DNA of 32,000 bases from Ruminococcus albus 7 = DSM 20455 (GTDB lineage: Bacteria > Bacillota > Clostridia > Oscillospirales > Ruminococcaceae), in NCBI RefSeq assembly GCF_000179635.2, contig NC_014824.1, positions 330,001 to 362,000 of the forward strand. The letters run 5' to 3'. The translations under genes were made by a program, and so were the position numbers. This document shows, one piece after another, positions 25,154-32,000 of this stretch (the stretch's first letter is position 1; each line of letters opens with the position of its first letter). The notes beneath the pieces were generated by a model. That model ran no database searches. It was not told the origin of the DNA and saw nothing but the letters and a program-made list of their open reading frames with translations.

Positions 25154-26209
25154 ATGAAAGTATTATTACTAGGCGGAACCGGAGCAATGGGAACACATGT
25201 CATTGACTTCCTTAAGAAAAAAGATAAAATTGAAATAGTTGTTTCTTCACGTTCTGCAAGAAAAGCTAATGATAAAGTTACATATGTCCAAGGTAATGCT
25301 AAAGACATTACATTCCTAAAAGAATTGTGCAAACAGCATTGGGATGCTATTCTAGATTTTATGGTTTACACAACATCAGAATTGCAAAGTCGAATTGACT
25401 TACTATTATCTTCTACAGTTCAGTATTTATTTTTCAGTTCAGCAAGAGTATATGCTGATTCATCAGACCTAATAACAGAGGACAGCCCCAGATTATTAGA
25501 TGTTTGTACAGATCAAACATATTTATCTACAGATGAATATGCACTTGCAAAAGCACGAGAAGAAAATATTCTCTTTTCTCATAAGAATAAAAACTGGACA
25601 ATTATCAGACCAAGCTTAACTTATGGCGAGAATCGCTTACAGTTGGGTGTTTATGAAAAAGAAAATTGGCTGTATCGAGCGTTACATGGTAGATCTATTG
25701 TTTTTTCAAAAGATTTGATGGAAAGGTACTATACTCTTTCTTATGGAAAAGATGTAGCTGAAGGAATTGCAGCACTTGTAGGCAATAAAGACGCGGTAGG
25801 AGAGGTCTTTCATATTGTTCAGGATCAGTCATTTCAGTGGAAAAACATATTAGAGTTATATGTAGCTGAGATTGAAAAAGTTACCGGAAAGAAACCTAAT
25901 GTTGTATTAACTGAGAAGTCAACAAATTTAAAACTGGAATATAAAAAGTATCAAGTTATATATGGCAGATATTTCAACAGGCATTTTGATAATTCTAAAA
26001 TCAAAAAGTTTGTTGATACCTCAAATTGGTTGCAACCTGATGATGGCTTGGTACAATGCCTTGATACGTTTTTAAAAGAGCCTGTATATCAGAATATTGA
26101 TTGGAATGTAGAAGTATTGCTTGATAAGGCAGCACATGAATTTACTCCAATAAAAGATATAAAAGGCAAAAGAGCAAAACTAAGCTATCTAAAGCATAGA
26201 TTTATATGA
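25154..26209 (+). CDS. NAD(P)-dependent SDR (extended epimerase/dehydratase/reductase family)
   Basis: VLLLGGTGAMGTHV glycine-rich motif, FFSSARVY and a YALAK catalytic Y-x3-K. It starts 21 nt after the MenD-like gene. Confidence 0.75.
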   Translation: MKVLLLGGTGAMGTHVIDFLKKKDKIEIVVSSRSARKANDKVTYVQGNAKDITFLKELCKQHWDAILDFMVYTTSELQSRIDLLLSSTVQYLFFSSARVYADSSDLITEDSPRLLDVCTDQTYLSTDEYALAKAREENILFSHKNKNWTIIRPSLTYGENRLQLGVYEKENWLYRALHGRSIVFSKDLMERYYTLSYGKDVAEGIAALVGNKDAVGEVFHIVQDQSFQWKNILELYVAEIEKVTGKKPNVVLTEKSTNLKLEYKKYQVIYGRYFNRHFDNSKIKKFVDTSNWLQPDDGLVQCLDTFLKEPVYQNIDWNVEVLLDKAAHEFTPIKDIKGKRAKLSYLKHRFI

Positions 26210-26258
26210 TTGTTTACACTTTGTATTTATATAAACGATTGACACAGGAGGATAACCC

Positions 26259-27263
26259 GTGTATGCTGCAACAGAGCAGAACAGAACAGAACAGAACAGA
26301 ACAGAACAGAGTAATACTATTCAATTATTCAGAGGACTTTCAATAATAGCTGTTGTATTTATACACAACACGCCTTCCGGAATAACACAGGTTTTTGTAA
26401 GACCATTTCTTAACTTTTCTGTAGGTTTATTCTTGTTTCTTAGCGGATTTCTAACTGATCCCAATAAAATTTCAATAAAGAAAAGACTTAAAAAAGTCTT
26501 AATACCCTATGTTATATGGACTGCTGTTTATGTGATTTTATATAATTATCAATCACCAGGCTCCATTCCCTTGCTATTCTTTAAAAACTTGATTACGGCA
26601 AATTCAGCTGCGATGATGTATTATATTGCAGTATACTGTCAGTTAACTTTGTTAGTTCCAATAATCAACAAGTTTGCAAATTCAAAATATAAATACTGGT
26701 TCCTTTTGATTTCTCCAATTGAAATAATAGTAATGCGAACACTCCCTATACTGTTTAGATTTCAATTTCCTAATATTATAACATCAATTATGCATATCTC
26801 GTTTGTGGGATGGTTTGAATATTACTATCTTGGATATCTTATTGGTAATAAGAAATTAGAGTTGTCAAGTATAAAAATACGAAAGATGTATTTTCTACTA
26901 GCTTTTTCGATACTATTTCAGTATGGAGAAGGTTTCCTTTTTTACTCATTGGAAAGTGATAAATGTGGAACTCAATTGAAGCTCAGCAGCTTGGCTACAG
27001 GAATTGTTATTTGCTTGATTAGCTGTTGCTTTATTACTAATGGAAAGAAATATAACTGTACCGCTATAAAGAATCTTGGCGATAAATCATTTGGTATTTA
27101 TTTATCACATATGGCTATTATGCGTTTGTTAGGATTGATCCCCTTTTATTCGGAATATGTTGTATTTCCAATAAATGCTGGTATTATCATCATGTTTTCA
27201 TATTTATTTGCTATTATTAGTAGTAGCATTCTTGCAAAGAATAATTATATTTGGAATGTGTAA
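26259..27263 (+). CDS. Acyltransferase-3 family membrane O-acyltransferase (polysaccharide O-acetyltransferase)
   Basis: LFRGLSIIAVVFIHN is followed by about ten hydrophobic segments and a late FGIYLSH motif, typical of acyltransferase_3 (OatA/WecH-like) proteins. GTG 26259 lies 7 nt after GGAGG. The 5' end contains the (CAGAA)n tract. Confidence 0.8.
   Translation: MYAATEQNRTEQNRTEQSNTIQLFRGLSIIAVVFIHNTPSGITQVFVRPFLNFSVGLFLFLSGFLTDPNKISIKKRLKKVLIPYVIWTAVYVILYNYQSPGSIPLLFFKNLITANSAAMMYYIAVYCQLTLLVPIINKFANSKYKYWFLLISPIEIIVMRTLPILFRFQFPNIITSIMHISFVGWFEYYYLGYLIGNKKLELSSIKIRKMYFLLAFSILFQYGEGFLFYSLESDKCGTQLKLSSLATGIVICLISCCFITNGKKYNCTAIKNLGDKSFGIYLSHMAIMRLLGLIPFYSEYVVFPINAGIIIMFSYLFAIISSSILAKNNYIWNV
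26271..26310 (+). repeat. Pentanucleotide microsatellite: (CAGAA)x6+CAGA perfect (26277-26310), 8 units with one mismatch from 26271
   Basis: Read directly: ACAGA GCAGA ACAGA ACAGA ACAGA ACAGA ACAGA ACAGA. It lies within codons 5-18 of the acyltransferase ORF. Confidence 0.95.
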
Positions 27264-27504
27264 GAATATATATTGCCAAAAAGTTGGTTTATATAAATAT
27301 AAGAAATACTGAGGTTAGAAAAAACTGTTATTATCCATGGGTCGTCATTTGATTATGTCATCTCTTTCTTTGGCAATCTTATGTTGAATAACCCGTAAAT
27401 AATAAGACTATTTAAGACGCTAACGTAGTAAATTGATATGACCGTTGCCTTGTTAATGTTGAGGATAAGTTTTATACCAGAAATTTGTTAAGGAGAGATT
27501 AACA

Positions 27505-28173
27505 ATGTACAAAACATCTGATCTATATGATCTTGAACATACCTTAGCTAAGGACTACCTGAGCCAGTTCACCTACCCCTGGGAAGTTCTCAGCGGCATA
27601 AAGGATTTTATCATTGAACTCGGCAAGACCCTCGACCCCAACGAATATGAACAGCGTGAGGAAGGCGTGTGGGTACACAAGACTGCAAAGGTTTTCCCGA
27701 CTGCGTATCTCGGTGCACCTTGCATAATCGGACCGAATACCGAAGTGCGTCACTGTGCGTTCATTCGTGGTTCTGCACTGGTGGGTGCTGACTGCGTTGT
27801 AGGCAACAGCGTTGAACTAAAAAACGTTATACTTTTTGACCACGTTCAGACTCCGCACTACAATTATGTTGGAGACAGCATTCTCGGTTATTTCAGCCAC
27901 ATGGGCGCTGGCTCTATCACATCGAACGTGAAGTCCGATAAAAAGAATGTCATTGTCCGAGATGGCAGCGAGAAGGTTGAGACCGGTATCAAGAAGTTTG
28001 GTGCGATGATAGGCGACTATGTCGAGGTTGGCTGTAATGCCGTCTGCAATCCGGGTACTGTCATCGGTAGGAACAGCAATGTTTATCCGACTTCTTGCGT
28101 ACGTGGTGTTGTGCCTGCTGATTCGATTTGGAAGGATAATGGAGAGATCATACATAAGGAAGATAGATGCTAA
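27505..28173 (+). CDS. Left-handed beta-helix (hexapeptide) transferase resembling the GlmU C-terminal acetyltransferase domain
   Basis: Successive hexapeptide turns (GAPCIIGPNTEVRHCAFIRGSALVGADCVVGNSVELKNVILFD). HYNYVGDSILGYFSHMGAGSITSNVKSDKKNVIV parallels GlmU HL.Y.GD..IG..VN.GAGTIT.NYDG..K..T.IG. AAGGAGAG RBS. GC is visibly higher than in the operon to its left. Confidence 0.6.
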   Translation: MYKTSDLYDLEHTLAKDYLSQFTYPWEVLSGIKDFIIELGKTLDPNEYEQREEGVWVHKTAKVFPTAYLGAPCIIGPNTEVRHCAFIRGSALVGADCVVGNSVELKNVILFDHVQTPHYNYVGDSILGYFSHMGAGSITSNVKSDKKNVIVRDGSEKVETGIKKFGAMIGDYVEVGCNAVCNPGTVIGRNSNVYPTSCVRGVVPADSIWKDNGEIIHKEDRC

Positions 28174-28182
28174 GAGGTGTCT

Positions 28183-29292
28183 ATGAACAAATATGACTAC
28201 AAACAGAATGCATACTATATGCTTTATCTTATAAGATGTGTTTTGCATGATAAAATTCCCGAAAAACAGAAACTAGATAAGATAAATTTGTCTCAGCTTT
28301 ACGAAGTTGCGCAAACTCATTCTTTAACTGCAATTACAGCGTATGCAATTGACTCTTCAAATATAATTGATGAACGATTTAAGGAAGCAAAAAGCAAGGC
28401 AATACGAAAATCAATATACTTTGAAATAGAGCGAGCAGCGGTTCTAGCTGAACTTGAGAAAAATGAGATATGGTATATGCCGCTGAAGGGGATCATCTTG
28501 AAAGACTACTACCCTAAAAGTAGTATGCGTGAAATGTGCGACAATGATATCTTGTTTGACAATTCACGAATTGAAGATGTCAAACAGATAATGAGTTCCC
28601 AGCGCTTTGAGATGAAGTACGATGATAACGGTCATGATTTGGCGTTTTATAAAGAGCCTGTCTGCAATTTTGAAATGCATACCGAGTTATTTGGCGATGG
28701 TCACGATCAGAGAATGAATGATTATTATTCTGCTGTAAGATCACGCTTGATAAAAGATTCGGATAACTCTTTTGGATATCATTTTTCAAATGAGGATTTT
28801 TATGTATTCATGATTGCACATGAGTATAAGCATTTTTATAATGCTGGAACGGGCTTGCGCTCACTACTTGATACCTATGTTTTTATAAAGGAATTCAATA
28901 CATCATTAGATTGGAAATATATTAACGTTGAATTGAGCAAGCTCGGAATAAATGATTACGAACAAAAGAATCGAAATCTTGCCTTCAAATTATTTCATGG
29001 TGTTAAACTTAATAGTGAAGAAAAGGAATTTCTTGATTATTTCATTTTTTCTGAAACATATGGCAATAGCCAGAATAGAGTGAGAATACAGCTCAAAGCA
29101 AAATCTAATAATAGATTTAGATACATATTTGATAGAATAGCAATTCCAATGGATTCCATAAAAAGGTCATTTCCAACGTTTTACAAATATCCCATATTAT
29201 TGCCAGTATTGCCTGTATACAGAGTATATCGTAGTTATAAGTCACATAAATCAGGTGTAATATCTGAACTAAGAGTTCTATTTAGGCTATAA
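28183..29292 (+). CDS. Uncharacterised nucleotidyltransferase-family protein (NTP_transf_5 / PF14907-like)
   Basis: WYMPLKGIILKDYYPKSSMREMCDNDILFD fits the lKG..l...Yp....R...DiDiL motif of this family. ATG 28183 follows AAGAGG. The track's GTG 28177 overlaps the RBS. Confidence 0.55.
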   Translation: MNKYDYKQNAYYMLYLIRCVLHDKIPEKQKLDKINLSQLYEVAQTHSLTAITAYAIDSSNIIDERFKEAKSKAIRKSIYFEIERAAVLAELEKNEIWYMPLKGIILKDYYPKSSMREMCDNDILFDNSRIEDVKQIMSSQRFEMKYDDNGHDLAFYKEPVCNFEMHTELFGDGHDQRMNDYYSAVRSRLIKDSDNSFGYHFSNEDFYVFMIAHEYKHFYNAGTGLRSLLDTYVFIKEFNTSLDWKYINVELSKLGINDYEQKNRNLAFKLFHGVKLNSEEKEFLDYFIFSETYGNSQNRVRIQLKAKSNNRFRYIFDRIAIPMDSIKRSFPTFYKYPILLPVLPVYRVYRSYKSHKSGVISELRVLFRL

Positions 29293-29343
29293 TCCTAAAT
29301 CTCTTTTTCAGGGCTTTTACAATGAGAGCAGGAGGTAAATCAC

Positions 29344-32000
29344 ATGGCAATGCACCTATATCCCCACAATCTAATAGCATACACATCCGCAGTTCATATG
29401 CTTTCCGAGCGTGGCAAAGCCGCTGTGATTCACCCCACAGGAACAGGCAAATCTTTCATAGGTTTCAAGCTCTGCGAGGACAACCCCAATAAAACTATTT
29501 GCTGGCTCTCTCCGTCAAGATACATCTATCAAACACAGCTTGAAAACCTTGCTGAGACTTCCGATGGCTATCAGCCAGAGAATGTTAAGTTCTATACCTA
29601 TGCAAAGCTGATGAATGTCAGTGAGGAAGAAATCGCTGAGATACAGCCCGACTACATAATACTTGACGAATTTCATAGGTGTGGCGCAGAGCTTTGGGGC
29701 GCAGGTGTTGATGCTGTTCTAAGAGCATATCCCGATGTTCCTGTGCTTGGTCTGTCTGCAACTGCTATCCGCTATCTCGATAATCAGCGTGATATGACCG
29801 ATGAACTGTTTGACGGAAATGTTGCAAGTGAAATGACGCTTGGTGAAGCTATCGTGCGTGGTATCCTCAATCCTCCGAAGTACATTCTGTCCGTGTTTTC
29901 TATCCAAAAGGACTTGGATAAATACGAACAGCGAGTTCATAATGCCCGATACAAGAAAATGCGTGATGAAGCTGAGGTATACCTTGAAGCACTTCGCCGT
30001 GCTTTGGATCATGCCGAAAAGCTTGATGTGATGTTCGATAAGCACATGGAGGACAGAACGGGTAAGTATATCGTTTTTTGTGCCAACCGTGAACACATGG
30101 ACGATATGATCGGCAAGGCGAAGGAATGGTTTGCAAAGGTCGATAAAAGACCTCACATCTACAAAGTATATGCAAGCAATCCTGAAACAAGCAAGGCATT
30201 TGCAGATTTTAAGTCAGACAGATCAGAACGTCTTAAACTGCTGTACTGCATTGATATGCTCAACGAGGGCGTTCATGTGGAGGATATTTCTGGCGTTATT
30301 CTGCTGCGCCCTACGGTCTCACCTATCATATATAAACAGCAGATCGGGCGGGCGCTTTCGGCAAGCAAGTCGAATATGCCCGTCATATTCGATATAGTCA
30401 ATAACATTGAAAACCTGTACAGCATTGATACCGTCAAGGATGAAATGCAGACTGCGATACAGTATTTCTACAAACATGATGGTTCGGGAGTGGTTGTCAA
30501 CGAAAACTTCGAGCTTATTGACAAGGTTGCCGATTGCAAGAGCCTGTTTGAAGCGTTGGAGGGTACACTTTCTGCTTCATGGGACATAATGTACGAAAAG
30601 GCTAAGGAGTATTATGAGCAGTACGGTGATCTTGAAATACCGAAGGATTATTACACCGAGGACGGTTACAGTCTCGGTATTTGGATAATTACCCAAAGGG
30701 GAAACTATCGCGGCACAACATTAAATTCCGTTCCGCTGACACAGGTTCAGATAGACAAGCTGACAGCTATCGGAATGCGCTGGCAGAGCATCAACGAGCT
30801 GTCATGGGAACGGTATTTTGAAGCTGCGGAGCAGTATTACAATACTCACGGCGATCTTCTTCCTACGGCCGCTTTTGTTGATGAAAACGGTATAGATCTA
30901 GGACGCTGGCTGCAAAATCAGCGGACAGCCCGAAAGAACGGCGTGACAAAATGGGGACTGACCGAGGAACGGATAGCGCGTCTTGACGGTATCGGAATGG
31001 TCTGGGACGTTTTTGATTATCAGTGGGAGGAGAATTTTTCAGCTGCTGTGCGTTATCACAGGCAGCACGGCGATCTTGAGGTGCCGCAGAAATATGTTGA
31101 CAGCGAAGGCTTTTATCTTGGCAGATGGCTTTCAAAACTGCGTTTGAACCGCAAAAACGGTACAGAAACTTTGACCGAAGAACAGAAAGCAAGGCTCGAT
31201 GCTCTCGGAATGTGCTGGGAGGACAGGTTCGAAAGGCGTTGGAACAATAATTTTCGTGAGCTTTGCAAATACTATGATGAACATAAAACGCTGACAGTTC
31301 CGGCGCAGTTCAGAACCGAAAGCGGTGCGAATCTATACGCTTGGATAAAAACTCAGCGTGTTAAATTCAGTGAGGGCAGGCTTTCTGATGAACAGTTTAA
31401 AAAGCTGAATAGCATAGGCTTCGATTTTACGATCACCGACATTTGGGAAGAAAATTTTGCTTTTGCAAAAAAGTATTTCGAGGAACACGGCGATCTTAAT
31501 ATTCCTGCCACGGATAACAAAGGCATCACAGTAAGAAAATGGCTTCTTCGGCAGAAAAAATATGCAGATGCTCCGGATTCAGCAAGGCTGTCGCATGAGC
31601 AGATCGAAAAGCTGCGTTCAATAGGTCTTTTTGATGAGCTTTCCCATACCGACAGGCTTTGGTTTTCACGTTACGGAATGGCTAAGGCTTTTTATGCGGA
31701 GAACGGTCATTTGAATGTCCCAAAGGATTGTATTATTGACGGTTTCAATCTCGGAACGTGGGTGCAAACTCAAAAGCAAAAGAACAAAAAAGGTGTGCTT
31801 TCACAGGACAAAATTGACCTGCTAAACAAACTGGGAATGAATTGGGAAAGCCTTGCCGAAATAGATAATTCTCGTCTGTACAAAACAGGTTTTGCTCATC
31901 TTGAAAAATATATCGCAGAAAATGGTTTGGGCAACGTAAGAGCGAATACTGTCTGCGAGGACGGCTATGCCCTCGGAAACTGGTTGACGAATTGCAGAAG
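29344..32000 (+). CDS. Superfamily-2 DExH helicase (ResIII-type core) fused to a tandem array of helicase-associated (HA) domains; 3'-partial, continues beyond the window
   Basis: This ORF is not in the supplied track because no stop codon occurs before position 32000. I translated the frame by hand from ATG 29344 (AGGAGG RBS at 29330-29335) and found no stops over 885 codons. The motifs are HPTGTGKS (Walker A), ILDEFHRCG (DExH), LGLSATA (III) and YKQQIGRALS (VI). From 30580 there are repeated W...F.....Y....G.L.VP......G..LG.W...QR......L....I..L..IGM.W units. Confidence 0.85.
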   Translation, partial: MAMHLYPHNLIAYTSAVHMLSERGKAAVIHPTGTGKSFIGFKLCEDNPNKTICWLSPSRYIYQTQLENLAETSDGYQPENVKFYTYAKLMNVSEEEIAEIQPDYIILDEFHRCGAELWGAGVDAVLRAYPDVPVLGLSATAIRYLDNQRDMTDELFDGNVASEMTLGEAIVRGILNPPKYILSVFSIQKDLDKYEQRVHNARYKKMRDEAEVYLEALRRALDHAEKLDVMFDKHMEDRTGKYIVFCANREHMDDMIGKAKEWFAKVDKRPHIYKVYASNPETSKAFADFKSDRSERLKLLYCIDMLNEGVHVEDISGVILLRPTVSPIIYKQQIGRALSASKSNMPVIFDIVNNIENLYSIDTVKDEMQTAIQYFYKHDGSGVVVNENFELIDKVADCKSLFEALEGTLSASWDIMYEKAKEYYEQYGDLEIPKDYYTEDGYSLGIWIITQRGNYRGTTLNSVPLTQVQIDKLTAIGMRWQSINELSWERYFEAAEQYYNTHGDLLPTAAFVDENGIDLGRWLQNQRTARKNGVTKWGLTEERIARLDGIGMVWDVFDYQWEENFSAAVRYHRQHGDLEVPQKYVDSEGFYLGRWLSKLRLNRKNGTETLTEEQKARLDALGMCWEDRFERRWNNNFRELCKYYDEHKTLTVPAQFRTESGANLYAWIKTQRVKFSEGRLSDEQFKKLNSIGFDFTITDIWEENFAFAKKYFEEHGDLNIPATDNKGITVRKWLLRQKKYADAPDSARLSHEQIEKLRSIGLFDELSHTDRLWFSRYGMAKAFYAENGHLNVPKDCIIDGFNLGTWVQTQKQKNKKGVLSQDKIDLLNKLGMNWESLAEIDNSRLYKTGFAHLEKYIAENGLGNVRANTVCEDGYALGNWLTNCR
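30580..32000 (+). repeat. Protein-level tandem repeat array: at least 7 HA-domain units of ~68-75 aa
   Basis: The unit-initial Trp codons are at 30580, 30805, 31024, 31240, 31444 and 31660. A seventh unit (Tyr in place of Trp) starts near 31879. Spacing is 204-225 nt. The units are diverged at the DNA level, so this is not a recent duplication. Confidence 0.8.

Noticed and set aside
27272-27377. 9-bp inverted repeat ATTGCCAAA / TTTGGCAAT separated by ~88 nt in the spacer after the acyltransferase gene
   Set aside because: It is a single short AT-leaning repeat with a long loop, no T-tract and no associated ORF or mobile-element signature. It is compatible with chance.
31-31192. Numerous minus-strand ORFs in the track (e.g. 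31-570, 4560-4995, 5030-6151, 8519-8917, 10198-10905, 15042-15742, 17040-17369, 21757-22110, 27817-28248, 29719-30199, 30863-31192)
   Set aside because: Each lies antisense within a + strand gene that has clear family motifs, an RBS and operon context. Their translations are low-complexity or compositionally odd, and none has a convincing RBS. They are shadow ORFs.
1-32000. Search for rRNA, tRNA, CRISPR arrays, riboswitch-like leaders and integrase/att sites
   Set aside because: I found no cloverleaf-capable GC-rich ~75-nt segments and no regularly spaced direct repeats. I recognised no conserved riboswitch cores in the four larger intergenic regions (691-1047, 3755-4205, 12095-12337, 27264-27504), and there is no recombinase gene in the window.

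Overview
AT-rich, Firmicutes/Clostridia-like chromosomal segment. A Ruminococcus-type anaerobe is my guess from gene content and is inference only. The window has three parts. (i) 1-4000 is an accessory, mobile-flavoured left flank. It holds a DUF4314-type protein, a divergent SpoVS-like gene, an internally deleted IS1182-family element and an orphan ~400-aa RES-domain-like protein. (ii) 4206-27263 is one uninterrupted, same-strand, tightly packed ~23-kb Wzx/Wzy-type polysaccharide (capsule/EPS) operon behind a near-consensus sigma-A promoter. In order it encodes a small unknown ORF, a NeuD/PglD-type acetyltransferase, a PglC-type initiating phosphoglycosyltransferase, an SDR and a WbuB-like GT4. 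Next come a CapE/FnlA + reductase + 2-epimerase set for a UDP-2-acetamido-2,6-dideoxy-L-hexose, a second GT4 and a Wzy-like membrane protein. A decoration module follows: three LicD paralogues, a class-V aminotransferase, a TagD::Gfo/Idh/MocA fusion and a GNAT. The operon ends with a GT2, a pyruvyl transferase, Wzx, a MenD-like ThDP enzyme + SDR, and an acyltransferase-3 gene whose 5' end carries a (CAGAA)n tract. (iii) 27505-32000 is a visibly GC-richer, core-like flank. It holds a GlmU-C-terminal-like LbH protein, a PF14907-type nucleotidyltransferase and a long SF2 helicase with at least 7 helicase-associated (HA) repeats. The helicase runs off the window end and is absent from the supplied ORF track. 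I saw no rRNA, tRNA or CRISPR array. The best candidates for new biology are the LicD/aminotransferase/cytidylyltransferase-oxidoreductase/GNAT module, the MenD-like ThDP enzyme + SDR pair, the pentanucleotide phase-variation switch and the orphan long RES protein. All family calls come from motif recognition by eye, not from database searches.
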